The translations under genes were made by a program, and so were the position numbers. The notes beneath the pieces are model-generated. The model was not told the DNA's origin. It worked only from the letters and a program-made list of their open reading frames with translations, and searched no databases. From an uncultured Pelagibacteraceae bacterium (GTDB taxonomy: Bacteria; Pseudomonadota; Alphaproteobacteria; Pelagibacterales; Pelagibacteraceae): 64,000 nucleotides of DNA. The DNA lies in NCBI GenBank assembly GCA_902557775.1, contig CACEBD010000002.1, positions 10,144 through 74,143 of the forward strand. Reading direction: 5' to 3'. Positions 10,724 through 19,033 of the stretch are shown here, piece by piece. Every line of letters starts with the position of its first letter. The stretch's first letter is position 1.

Positions 10724-11622
10724 TGGAACTCTATATCAAACTGATTGACGTCATACTTCCAGTATTTTTTGTTATAGGAATAGGCTATTACCTTGGAAAA
10801 AAAGATCCAAATTTTAACACCGATTTTATAACCACATTGGCTGGTAATGTGGGTACACCTGCAATGATTTTTTACACTATTACTTCTACAGGTGTAACTT
10901 TAGAAACATTTATAGAATATTTTACATATGCTTTAATTATAATAGGCGGGTTCGCTGTAGTAGGCTTAATTGTTCTTGCTTTAATGAAAAAGGACTTTGT
11001 AAGTGAACTTCCTCCATTAATATTGCCAAATACTGGTAATATGGGTATACCAATTTGCTTATTTGCGTATGGTACAGAAGGTTTAGGTATAGCCTCAGCC
11101 ATAGCATCAGTAATTATCTTGCTTCACTTTACATTAGGAGTCCTATTAGCAAAAAAGAGTTTTTCACTAAAAATATTAATTACTAATATGCCTATTTACG
11201 GGATAATAGCGGCTGTGATTGTTTTATATTATGATTGGGAAGTCCCTGGTTTCGTAGTTAACACTACGTTTTTATTAACTTACGCTACAATATTTCTGGT
11301 TCTCATGTCCTTAGGAATTGCATTGACCAAATTAAAAGTAGTATCGTGGTTGAACGCATCTATTTTAAGCATCATAAGAATTATAATTGGTCCCATAATT
11401 GGATTTGGTTTAATTAAATATTTAAACCTCACTGGATTAGCCGCTGGAGTGCTTTTAATTCAATCCGCTATGCCAAGTGCTATTTTAACTTACTTAGTTG
11501 GCTCTATGTATTCAGAAAAAAGGGTAGTAGATAGTATTGCCAGCGTTATAGTTACTTCAACACTAATGTCATTTATAACAATACCAATTGTTGTATATTT
11601 AAGTCTTAAATTTTTTCAATAA
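10723..11622 (+). CDS. AEC (auxin efflux carrier) family transporter
   Basis: ILPVF, NTGNMGIPI, QSAMPSA motifs; about 10 TM segments. Confidence 0.88.
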   Translation: MELYIKLIDVILPVFFVIGIGYYLGKKDPNFNTDFITTLAGNVGTPAMIFYTITSTGVTLETFIEYFTYALIIIGGFAVVGLIVLALMKKDFVSELPPLILPNTGNMGIPICLFAYGTEGLGIASAIASVIILLHFTLGVLLAKKSFSLKILITNMPIYGIIAAVIVLYYDWEVPGFVVNTTFLLTYATIFLVLMSLGIALTKLKVVSWLNASILSIIRIIIGPIIGFGLIKYLNLTGLAAGVLLIQSAMPSAILTYLVGSMYSEKRVVDSIASVIVTSTLMSFITIPIVVYLSLKFFQ

Positions 11623-12034
11623 ATACAGTTACTTACAATTATTAATTAAAGTAATATGTTACTTAATAGGTAAGCACTACTTATATATTAAGAAAAAAAA
11701 ACAAATAAACATTGAAAAATATAGCTTATTTTCGATTAAAAAATAATAAATCAATGCAAAAAAGCATTAAAAATTAAGGTTTGATTATAAAAATCGATAA
11801 AATGATAAATTGCTATAAGCTAAAATTAAGTAAAATTGAGTGTTTTAGACCACTCTAAAAGCGTTTATAATTAAGTATTCTATGAGCTTTGCGTTTAATG
11901 AATATACCGTTTAAACGGCCATAGACGGTGTTTTTTTTGGAATCATTCATTTCAGAGTACAACTCACTGGTGTGTGGATAAAAAAAACAGTGAAATAGGG
12001 GTCAATAGACCCAATCGCCCGTCAAATAACAATT

Positions 12035-12310
12035 CTAGAGCTTAATACCCTCTTTCTTTAGTAAAAATCTCTTTGTTTTTACGCCTCCTTTGCCTGAATA
12101 GCCACCCAGCGATCCGTTAGATCTTATAACTCTATGGCAAGGTATTTTGGGAGCATAAGGGTTTTTTCCTATGGCATTGGCCACAGCGCGAACAGCAAGC
12201 GGTTTTCCTATACCTTTTGCCACTTGAGAGTAGGTTTTAACGCTTCCACGAGGTATTTTCCTCAAATAAGCCCATACTTTTAGCTGAAATTTAGTTCCTA
12301 TTAACCTCAT
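12035..12310 (-). CDS. ogt: O6-methylguanine-DNA methyltransferase, single-domain form
   Basis: RAVANA and active-site PCHRV motif; only 91 aa. Confidence 0.88.
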   Translation of the reverse strand: MRLIGTKFQLKVWAYLRKIPRGSVKTYSQVAKGIGKPLAVRAVANAIGKNPYAPKIPCHRVIRSNGSLGGYSGKGGVKTKRFLLKKEGIKL

Positions 12311-12474
12311 TAATCAAAAATCAGGTAAGTTGTTATGGATATGCCCACTATAAGGGCTATTATTAAGCCTAAAGCTATCAATTTTTTGCCTTTTGAGCTT
12401 GAGTTAGTCCAAAAATACGAAATTCCGTAAACAGCAGCTATAAATACTACTATGGGAAGAATAAATTTAATCAT
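12310..12474 (-). CDS. Small 54-aa two-TM membrane protein (not in the ORF track)
   Basis: Hand translation MIKFILPIVVFIAAVYGISYFWTNSSSKGKKLIALGLIIALIVGISITTYLIFD; stop overlaps the ogt ATG (TAATG). Confidence 0.75.
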   Translation of the reverse strand: MIKFILPIVVFIAAVYGISYFWTNSSSKGKKLIALGLIIALIVGISITTYLIFD

Positions 12475-12494
12475 TTAATATAAAATTATATGTA

Positions 12495-12523
12495 TTGACA
12501 TCTAAAATCACTTAATATATTAC
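12495..12523 (+). promoter_or_regulatory. Putative promoter of the recombinase gene
   Basis: Perfect TTGACA at 12495-12500; -10 uncertain (TATATT at 12516 or TATTAC at 12518). Confidence 0.5.
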
Positions 12524-12553
12524 TAACGATAATTAATTGTTATCAATAGTAAT
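12519..12553. other. lox-like tyrosine-recombinase core site (14-bp arms, 7-bp asymmetric spacer)
   Basis: ATTACTAACGATAA-TTAATTG-TTATCAATAGTAAT; arms 12/14 complementary; ends 3 bp before the recombinase ATG. Confidence 0.7.
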
Positions 12554-12556
12554 TAT

Positions 12557-13510
12557 ATGAATGAGTTATTAACAGATGTAAAAAAACTACATGAGGAAAC
12601 TTTAGAAAACCTCAAGAGCTCTAAAGCAAATAATACGCTGAGAGCGTATAAATCTGATTTTAGAGATTTCGGAGCTTTTTGTGCAAAACATGGATTTAAT
12701 TCAATGCCAACAGAACCTAAAGTTGTATCCCTATATCTTACTCATCTTTCCTCTAGCTCAAAAATAAGCACTTTAAGACGTAGATTGGTATCTATAGGGG
12801 TGGTTCATAAGATCAAAGGTCATTACTTGGATACAAAACATCCAGTAATTATTGAAAACTTAATGGGTATAAAAAGAAAGAAAGGAAGCATGCAAATAGG
12901 AAAAAAACCTATATTAATCAATCACTTAAAACAAATAATTAATGTTATTGACGAACAAAAAATAGAAAAAATTAAGAAATTAAGGAACAGAACTTTAATA
13001 CTATTAGGTTTTGGAGGAGGATTCAGACGAACAGAATTAATTTCAATTAATTATGAAGACCTAGATTTTGTTGAAGAAGGTGTAAAAATAACTCTTAGAA
13101 GGTCTAAAACAGATCAATTTGGAGAGGGTTTGATCAAAGGACTGCCCTATTTCACAAATGAAAAATATTGCCCTGTAACGAGTTTAAAAAATTGGATTAA
13201 TTTGTCTAAAATAAAAACTGGTGCAATATTTAGAAGATTTGCAAAAGGGTCAACACTTACTATGCACAGACTAACTGATCAATCAGTAGTACTAGTAATT
13301 AAAGATTGTTTGAAATTAGCAGGAATAGAAAACCAACATTACTCAGGACACAGTTTAAGATCAGGTTTTGCAACAGTAGCAGCTGAGTCCGGAGCAGATG
13401 AAAGAAGTATAATGGCAATGACAGGACATAAAACATCCCAAATGGTAAGAAGATATATTCGGGAAGCAAATATATTTAAAAATAATGCGCTAAATAAAAT
13501 CAAAATATAA
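12557..13510 (+). CDS. Cre-like tyrosine recombinase
   Basis: N-terminal NTLRAY..DFRDF; catalytic set FRRTEL (R), RSKTDQ (K), GHSLRSG (HxxR), TGHK, RRY (Y); CPV..L..W is typical of the Cre-like subfamily. Confidence 0.9.
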   Translation: MNELLTDVKKLHEETLENLKSSKANNTLRAYKSDFRDFGAFCAKHGFNSMPTEPKVVSLYLTHLSSSSKISTLRRRLVSIGVVHKIKGHYLDTKHPVIIENLMGIKRKKGSMQIGKKPILINHLKQIINVIDEQKIEKIKKLRNRTLILLGFGGGFRRTELISINYEDLDFVEEGVKITLRRSKTDQFGEGLIKGLPYFTNEKYCPVTSLKNWINLSKIKTGAIFRRFAKGSTLTMHRLTDQSVVLVIKDCLKLAGIENQHYSGHSLRSGFATVAAESGADERSIMAMTGHKTSQMVRRYIREANIFKNNALNKIKI

Positions 13511-13515
13511 TAGAA

Positions 13516-14367
13516 TTAATTAATTTTTTTTGAAAATATAGAATGAAAAAGGAAAGTTATTTTACACTTTAATAATCCAGCGTAAAAGAATAAATTTTTT
13601 TTTGGTTCAATTAAAATTTCTTTAAAAACTTGATCTGATCGTAGATAATGTTTTTTGAAAAATTTAATACTGATACCCCATTTTAATAAGAAAGTTTTAG
13701 CACCATTATTCCAAGTTTTTTTTCTTAAAGATAAAGATGAGAAATGATATACTCTACATTCTCCAAGTCCTTTAAATAATCGGACGCCTAAGTTCCAAAG
13801 TTTCATATTAAAATCAGGATCAGATCCCAAACCTGGGCTAAATTCCTCACTAAAACCCCCTACTTTATTCCATGTTTTTAATGGAACTAATGAAGGTTGC
13901 CAGTGTGTTCCTTGAAAATCATCAAATTTTATTTTAGGAAGCTCTTCTAATAATTTTTGTTCATTAAAATTTTGAATAGTGTCTCCACAATTAAGATTTA
14001 TGTAAGATTTGAATGGTTGAACCATTGTCCCCGATAAAAAAAAATCAGAATCGGCAGGTAATTTATTCAACTCAGTTTGGAAAACTTTATCCCAGTTAGG
14101 GCAAAAATACATATCGTCATGAGCTAAAACTATATATTTTTTGTTGGCTTTTTTTACAGCTTTATTAAAGGCAACACAGACTCCTTCATTTTTAGCACTA
14201 TAGGTAAATTTTTGATTTATATTTTCTAAAAAGGATTTAGTACCATCTGATCCTTCATTGACATGAACTATTATTTCATGGTCAAAAGATGAATTATCTT
14301 TAATACTTTTTAAACATAATTTTAAATAATCCAGATTATTATAAGTAGGTACAATTATTGAAAACAT
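13516..14367 (-). CDS. Glycosyltransferase family 2
   Basis: SIIVPTYN, EGSDGT, HDD, SDPDF; start at the TAATG overlap at 14367. Confidence 0.88.
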   Translation of the reverse strand: MFSIIVPTYNNLDYLKLCLKSIKDNSSFDHEIIVHVNEGSDGTKSFLENINQKFTYSAKNEGVCVAFNKAVKKANKKYIVLAHDDMYFCPNWDKVFQTELNKLPADSDFFLSGTMVQPFKSYINLNCGDTIQNFNEQKLLEELPKIKFDDFQGTHWQPSLVPLKTWNKVGGFSEEFSPGLGSDPDFNMKLWNLGVRLFKGLGECRVYHFSSLSLRKKTWNNGAKTFLLKWGISIKFFKKHYLRSDQVFKEILIEPKKNLFFYAGLLKCKITFLFHSIFSKKIN

Positions 14368-16496
14368 TATTTTTCCCAATAATTTTTTGTTTTCATGTTT
14401 ACGTCTAAGGTCTTATTAATAATATACTGTGCAACTAAATCAGAATTAAAATATTTCATGTATTTTTTCTTACCGTTTTTTGCAATTTTTTTTCTAAGTT
14501 TTTCATCTTTTGATATTTTTATTATCTTTTCAGATAAATCACTAACATTTTTGTAAAAAACCATTTCGTTCGAATTAAAAAAATTATTATATTGGGTTTT
14601 TTCATCTATTAAACAAACTAATCCATTTCCAATAATTTGAGTAATTCTGTCACTGCTATAATACTTAATTGCATCTCCCCTACTTAGGTTTAATCCCATC
14701 TTTGCGTTTTGAATTGTTTTAAAGTAGTGATCTGCCCATATAGGCTGAACTTTTTTAATGCCATAAATATCGAATTTAATGTCAGGTGTAGTAGAAACTA
14801 ATTTATTTAAAAAAGTAATTCTGTCATCTGTTTTCCCTGATTTTAAAACTCCTCTATGCACCCCGTGACTCAAAGCAAAAAAGACGTCAACATTACAAGG
14901 ATTATTATAATTATTTAATATTTCAAATGAGCTATCTGACGGGTTAGGTATAAAAAAACTTTTTTTATTTTTTAAAAAATTTAATGCATCAGGACTAGTA
15001 GTTAAAAATGAAGAGTCAACTACGTCAATTTTGTCTAGTATCCTTTTTTTATTTCTTTCATAATCAGGGCCTTTTTTGTTTAGTGGATCTAAAAACCATT
15101 GTCCAAACCTTGTATTTGGATAATCTTCTCTTAGTTCAGATATTTGTTGTGCAGATATTAAATCAGCATGGCCTAAAATTATCAAATCAGGTTTGTAATT
15201 ATAACAAGTTTTTTTTAACTTATCATTCAAGGTTTTAGCACCTTTTATATCTCCTAAAGATTTATAATATTTTTGTATATCACGATCACTAAATCCTAAA
15301 ACGCTGTGACCTAGTCTGATAAATCCGTTGTTTATTCTTCTCCCTGTATTAAAAAAAAGTCTTCCATCTAGTCTCTCATTAAAATTGGTTATATGCAAAA
15401 TTCTCAGATTGGTCCTAGATTTTTTAATATTAAAAGCTTTATAATATTTTAACTTGTCATCTCTATAATTATCGATCATTTGAGTAACATAGTCGTGCGT
15501 TAGATAAAAATTTTGTAAAGATAATTTTTGATATTCTCTTCTTAATTTTGGATTTTCAATTAGATTTCTTATAACGTTTTCCAAATTAGAAACATTTAAT
15601 TCCTTAAGAATTTTTGCGTTGGTTACTGTCTCAGGTAACCCTCCTTTATTAGTGATTACTACTGCACAACCACTAGCAGAAGCTTCTAAACTAGTTCTTC
15701 CAAACGGCTCTTCCCATCTTGAACAAGCAACAGCGATACTAGTTTTTTTGAAAATTTTAAGCACTTCTTCATGACCAAGAAATCCCAACACATCTGCATT
15801 TTTATGATTAAGAGTGATTTTCTCCCTCTTTTCATCGCCTATAATTTTAGCTTTCCAATTAGGATATTTATTCAAAATTCGATTTATTGTTTTTACAAAA
15901 ATATCGTATCCTTTAGCTCTGTTAAGCTTTCCTACAAATGTTATCCAGTTTTGTTTATGATTTAAAATTGAAATATCATTTTTTTTTGCTGATTGAAAAA
16001 AAACAACTAATTTATTGCTGTTAACAAATTTATTTTCTAATCCTTCTAAAAACCTTTTTTTAGACCAATTACTATTAAAAATAATTTTGTAACAGATTTT
16101 AAGTAATTTTTTCCTTTCTTCTATTGTTTTAGAACCATCCATTAATAATGGATCATTATGAAAATAAAGAGAAAAAATTTTGTCAGGGATAATATTTTTG
16201 AGTTGTAATATATAACTCGGGCGATTGTGTACTTCAATCAATGAAACATTATATTTTTTTTGAATCCTCGAAAATTTCCTAACGTATTCCTTTGTTTGGC
16301 TAATCAGAGGATTTTTGATTAGATCTATGTTTAAATATCTTAAATTATATTTTTTTTTAAAATTTGTATTACCAAAAACTATTATATTTTTTTTATATCT
16401 GCTTATTTTACTTGTTTCATTTACAAATAAAGAAACTGCCCCAGGATATTCTGGTGAGAAATTTTCTTTATATGGTAATAAAATTGCTATTTTCAC
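14367..16496 (-). CDS. Fused glycosyltransferase: GT4 N-half plus CgeB-like GT C-half
   Basis: WEEPFGRTSLEA (GT4 Ex7E) in the N-half; WFLDP, GLNLSR, YSSDR in the C-half. Confidence 0.8.
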   Translation of the reverse strand: MKIAILLPYKENFSPEYPGAVSLFVNETSKISRYKKNIIVFGNTNFKKKYNLRYLNIDLIKNPLISQTKEYVRKFSRIQKKYNVSLIEVHNRPSYILQLKNIIPDKIFSLYFHNDPLLMDGSKTIEERKKLLKICYKIIFNSNWSKKRFLEGLENKFVNSNKLVVFFQSAKKNDISILNHKQNWITFVGKLNRAKGYDIFVKTINRILNKYPNWKAKIIGDEKREKITLNHKNADVLGFLGHEEVLKIFKKTSIAVACSRWEEPFGRTSLEASASGCAVVITNKGGLPETVTNAKILKELNVSNLENVIRNLIENPKLRREYQKLSLQNFYLTHDYVTQMIDNYRDDKLKYYKAFNIKKSRTNLRILHITNFNERLDGRLFFNTGRRINNGFIRLGHSVLGFSDRDIQKYYKSLGDIKGAKTLNDKLKKTCYNYKPDLIILGHADLISAQQISELREDYPNTRFGQWFLDPLNKKGPDYERNKKRILDKIDVVDSSFLTTSPDALNFLKNKKSFFIPNPSDSSFEILNNYNNPCNVDVFFALSHGVHRGVLKSGKTDDRITFLNKLVSTTPDIKFDIYGIKKVQPIWADHYFKTIQNAKMGLNLSRGDAIKYYSSDRITQIIGNGLVCLIDEKTQYNNFFNSNEMVFYKNVSDLSEKIIKISKDEKLRKKIAKNGKKKYMKYFNSDLVAQYIINKTLDVNMKTKNYWEK

Positions 16497-16738
16497 TTAT
16501 TTTTTCTTATTTCTTTTCTTAAGCTTCTATTTTTCTTTATATAATATTCTCTAGAAATTGCCTCTTTTTTTGATTTAAATTTCTCTTTATAAATTAGTAT
16601 CCATTTTCTTCCTCTAGTAAATTTTGCTCCTTTACCTGCGTTATGAAGGCTGATTCTTTTTTTTAGATTGTTCGTGTAACCAACATAAGTAACAGGTTTA
16701 ACGCTCCTTGATTTGAGCATATAAACATAATAAATCAC
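16493..16738 (-). CDS. GIY-YIG nuclease (YhbQ/YazA-like)
   Basis: YVYML...YVGYT...R...HNAGKGAKFTRGR...ISREY. Confidence 0.9.
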   Translation of the reverse strand: MIYYVYMLKSRSVKPVTYVGYTNNLKKRISLHNAGKGAKFTRGRKWILIYKEKFKSKKEAISREYYIKKNRSLRKEIRKNK

Positions 16739-16743
16739 TTAGA

Positions 16744-17535
16744 TTAATATCCTTTAGACTCTTGCCCTTTTTTTATTCCCTTAATACTCTCAATTGCCGC
16801 TTTTGCTCCAGCACTCATAAATCTTTGATCAGAGCCTACAGTTACTAGATCAAAACCTTTTGAAATCATTTTTTTTGCATATTCAGCAGTTCCATTATGA
16901 ATTCCGGCTAGTAAATTTCTTTTTTTAGCGGCATCTAAAATTATAGATATTTTTTCAAATGCTTTGGTGCCCTCAGGTTTATCAAATCCTGGCTCTTCTC
17001 CTATGGCCAAACTAAGATCAGCTGGACCGATATAAATACCATCAAGGTTTGGTGTATCCAAAATTTCATCTAATTTAGCTAACGCTTCTTTAGTTTCTAT
17101 CATAGCTAATTTCAAAATTTCATTATCAGAATGTTTAGCATAATCAGCGCCTCCATATAGTAACCCTCTTATTGGCCCAAAACTTCTATAACCCTTGGAT
17201 GGATACAAGCATGCTTGCACAAAATTTTCTGCTTCTTTTCTGTTGCTAACCATTGGACAAATTACTCCGTAGCAACCAGCGTCTAAAATTTTCATAATTT
17301 GCCCTGGCTCATTCCAATTTACTCTAGCCAATGGGGTGACCTCTGTAGTTGATATAGCCTGCAACATGTTTAATGCATTTGGGTAATCAACGACACCGTG
17401 TTGCATGTCAATAGTACAAGAGTCCCAACCTTGATGAGCCATTACCTCAGCCGAAAAAGCACTAGGAATTTGCAACCAACCATTAACTATTGGCTTACCA
17501 TCTTTGAACATCTGTTTAAGCTTATTTCTTCTCAT
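16744..17535 (-). CDS. HpcH/HpaI (class II pyruvate/hydroxyketoacid) aldolase
   Basis: IDMQHG, ARV, LDAG...PMV, AMIET, YIGPADL motifs. Confidence 0.9.
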   Translation of the reverse strand: MRRNKLKQMFKDGKPIVNGWLQIPSAFSAEVMAHQGWDSCTIDMQHGVVDYPNALNMLQAISTTEVTPLARVNWNEPGQIMKILDAGCYGVICPMVSNRKEAENFVQACLYPSKGYRSFGPIRGLLYGGADYAKHSDNEILKLAMIETKEALAKLDEILDTPNLDGIYIGPADLSLAIGEEPGFDKPEGTKAFEKISIILDAAKKRNLLAGIHNGTAEYAKKMISKGFDLVTVGSDQRFMSAGAKAAIESIKGIKKGQESKGY

Positions 17536-18977
17536 TCGAAAGATATACCGAAGTGAGTATATTTAATATTAAGGTAATCTTTGATTGCCATAGATCCACC
17601 TTCTCGACCATATCCAGTTTGCTTTATACCTCCAAAAGGCGCTTCAGCAACAGCTACAACAGGAGTATTTACTGCTACACAACCTGTTTCTAATTTATCA
17701 GATGCTTTGTTGGCTTTTTTAAGATCTGTTGTGTAAACATAACTACACAAACCTAAATCATTATTATTTGCTCTCTCCATAACTTCATCAAAATTTTTAA
17801 ATGATAAAATTGGTACGATTGGGCCAAATGGTTCCTCTTTCATGACAGTAAAATCATCTTTGATATTATCAAAAATTGTTGGCTCGTAATAATAACCTTT
17901 ATTAAAGTTTGCTGCCCTTTTACCCCCCAATAATACTTTACCACCCTCTTTTTTGGTAATCTCGACCAATTTTTCAACTCCTTCTAATCGCTCTTTAGTA
18001 CATAAAGGACCTAGTAAAGTATCTTTGTCCATACCATTGCCCATTTTTAATTTTTTTGTTTTTTGCACCATTAAATCAGCAAATTCATCTTTTTTCTTTT
18101 CATGAATATAGAATCTATTGGGAGAAATACATACTTGACCATTGTTTCTAAATTTTGCTGTTATTGCCATATCTGTTACTTTATTTAAATCTACATCATC
18201 AAAAACAATAAAAGGTGAATGACCACTTAATTCCATAGTAACTCTTTGAACTTTATCTGCAGCTTGCTTAAGAATTAGTTTTCCAACTCTAGTTGAACCA
18301 GTTATGGAAATTTTCTTTATAATATCTGATTGAATTAATTCAGTTGAGATCCCAGCTGGATCACCTGACAATAAATTGACCACACCTGGTGGAACCCCTG
18401 CCTCTTTGCATATATCTACGATTTCCATAACACTCCCAGGGGTTATTACATCTGGTTTTACAATAACTGAACATCCTGCTGCTAAAGCCGTAGAAATTTT
18501 TCTTGAAGCTAAGATAACTGGAAAATTCCATGGAACTAATGCAGCAACCACACCTACAGGCTGATAAATCACATGTATTTTTGTATTTGGAAAGCGACTT
18601 TGATTTATTTCGCCAAAAATTCTTTTTGTTTCCTCTGAGTTCCATTCAAATATATCAGCTGCGCCGCCTACTTCTCCAGCTCCCTCAGATAATGGTTTGC
18701 CTACTTCTAAAGTGAGCCATTTAGACAAAGTATCAACTTTTTTTCTCATTAATTCTGAAATTTTCCTAATTACTTTAGATCTTTCCCAAGGTGATGTGTT
18801 TCTCCAGATCTCTAATCCTTTTTCTGCTGATTTAAGAGCTTTTTGTATATCTTTACTATTTGCTTTTGACGCATTACCAATAATTTCTTCAGTAGCTGGA
18901 TTAATTACTTCGTAAGTTTCACCACTCGATGATTGTTGCCATTTACCGTCAATAAACTGACCAAATTTTTCGTACAT
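17532..18977 (-). CDS. NAD-dependent semialdehyde dehydrogenase (GabD / alpha-ketoglutaric semialdehyde DH type)
   Basis: PWNFP, ITGST, MELSGHSP, KFRNNGQVCISP, EEPFGP motifs. Confidence 0.88.
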   Translation of the reverse strand: MYEKFGQFIDGKWQQSSSGETYEVINPATEEIIGNASKANSKDIQKALKSAEKGLEIWRNTSPWERSKVIRKISELMRKKVDTLSKWLTLEVGKPLSEGAGEVGGAADIFEWNSEETKRIFGEINQSRFPNTKIHVIYQPVGVVAALVPWNFPVILASRKISTALAAGCSVIVKPDVITPGSVMEIVDICKEAGVPPGVVNLLSGDPAGISTELIQSDIIKKISITGSTRVGKLILKQAADKVQRVTMELSGHSPFIVFDDVDLNKVTDMAITAKFRNNGQVCISPNRFYIHEKKKDEFADLMVQKTKKLKMGNGMDKDTLLGPLCTKERLEGVEKLVEITKKEGGKVLLGGKRAANFNKGYYYEPTIFDNIKDDFTVMKEEPFGPIVPILSFKNFDEVMERANNNDLGLCSYVYTTDLKKANKASDKLETGCVAVNTPVVAVAEAPFGGIKQTGYGREGGSMAIKDYLNIKYTHFGISFE

Positions 18978-19033
18978 AAATTATATATAATTATTGAATA
19001 TATTAAGTTAATTATCTATCTTATAAAGAATTT

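Noticed and set aside
11623-12034. oriC
   Set aside because: Only one DnaA box, no origin-linked genes, and flanking genes converge rather than diverge
17532-18977. ALDH as IolA/MmsA
   Set aside because: Has MELSGHSP and GQVCISP (GabD/KGSADH type), not the GAKNH/GxRCMA motifs of CoA-acylating MmsA
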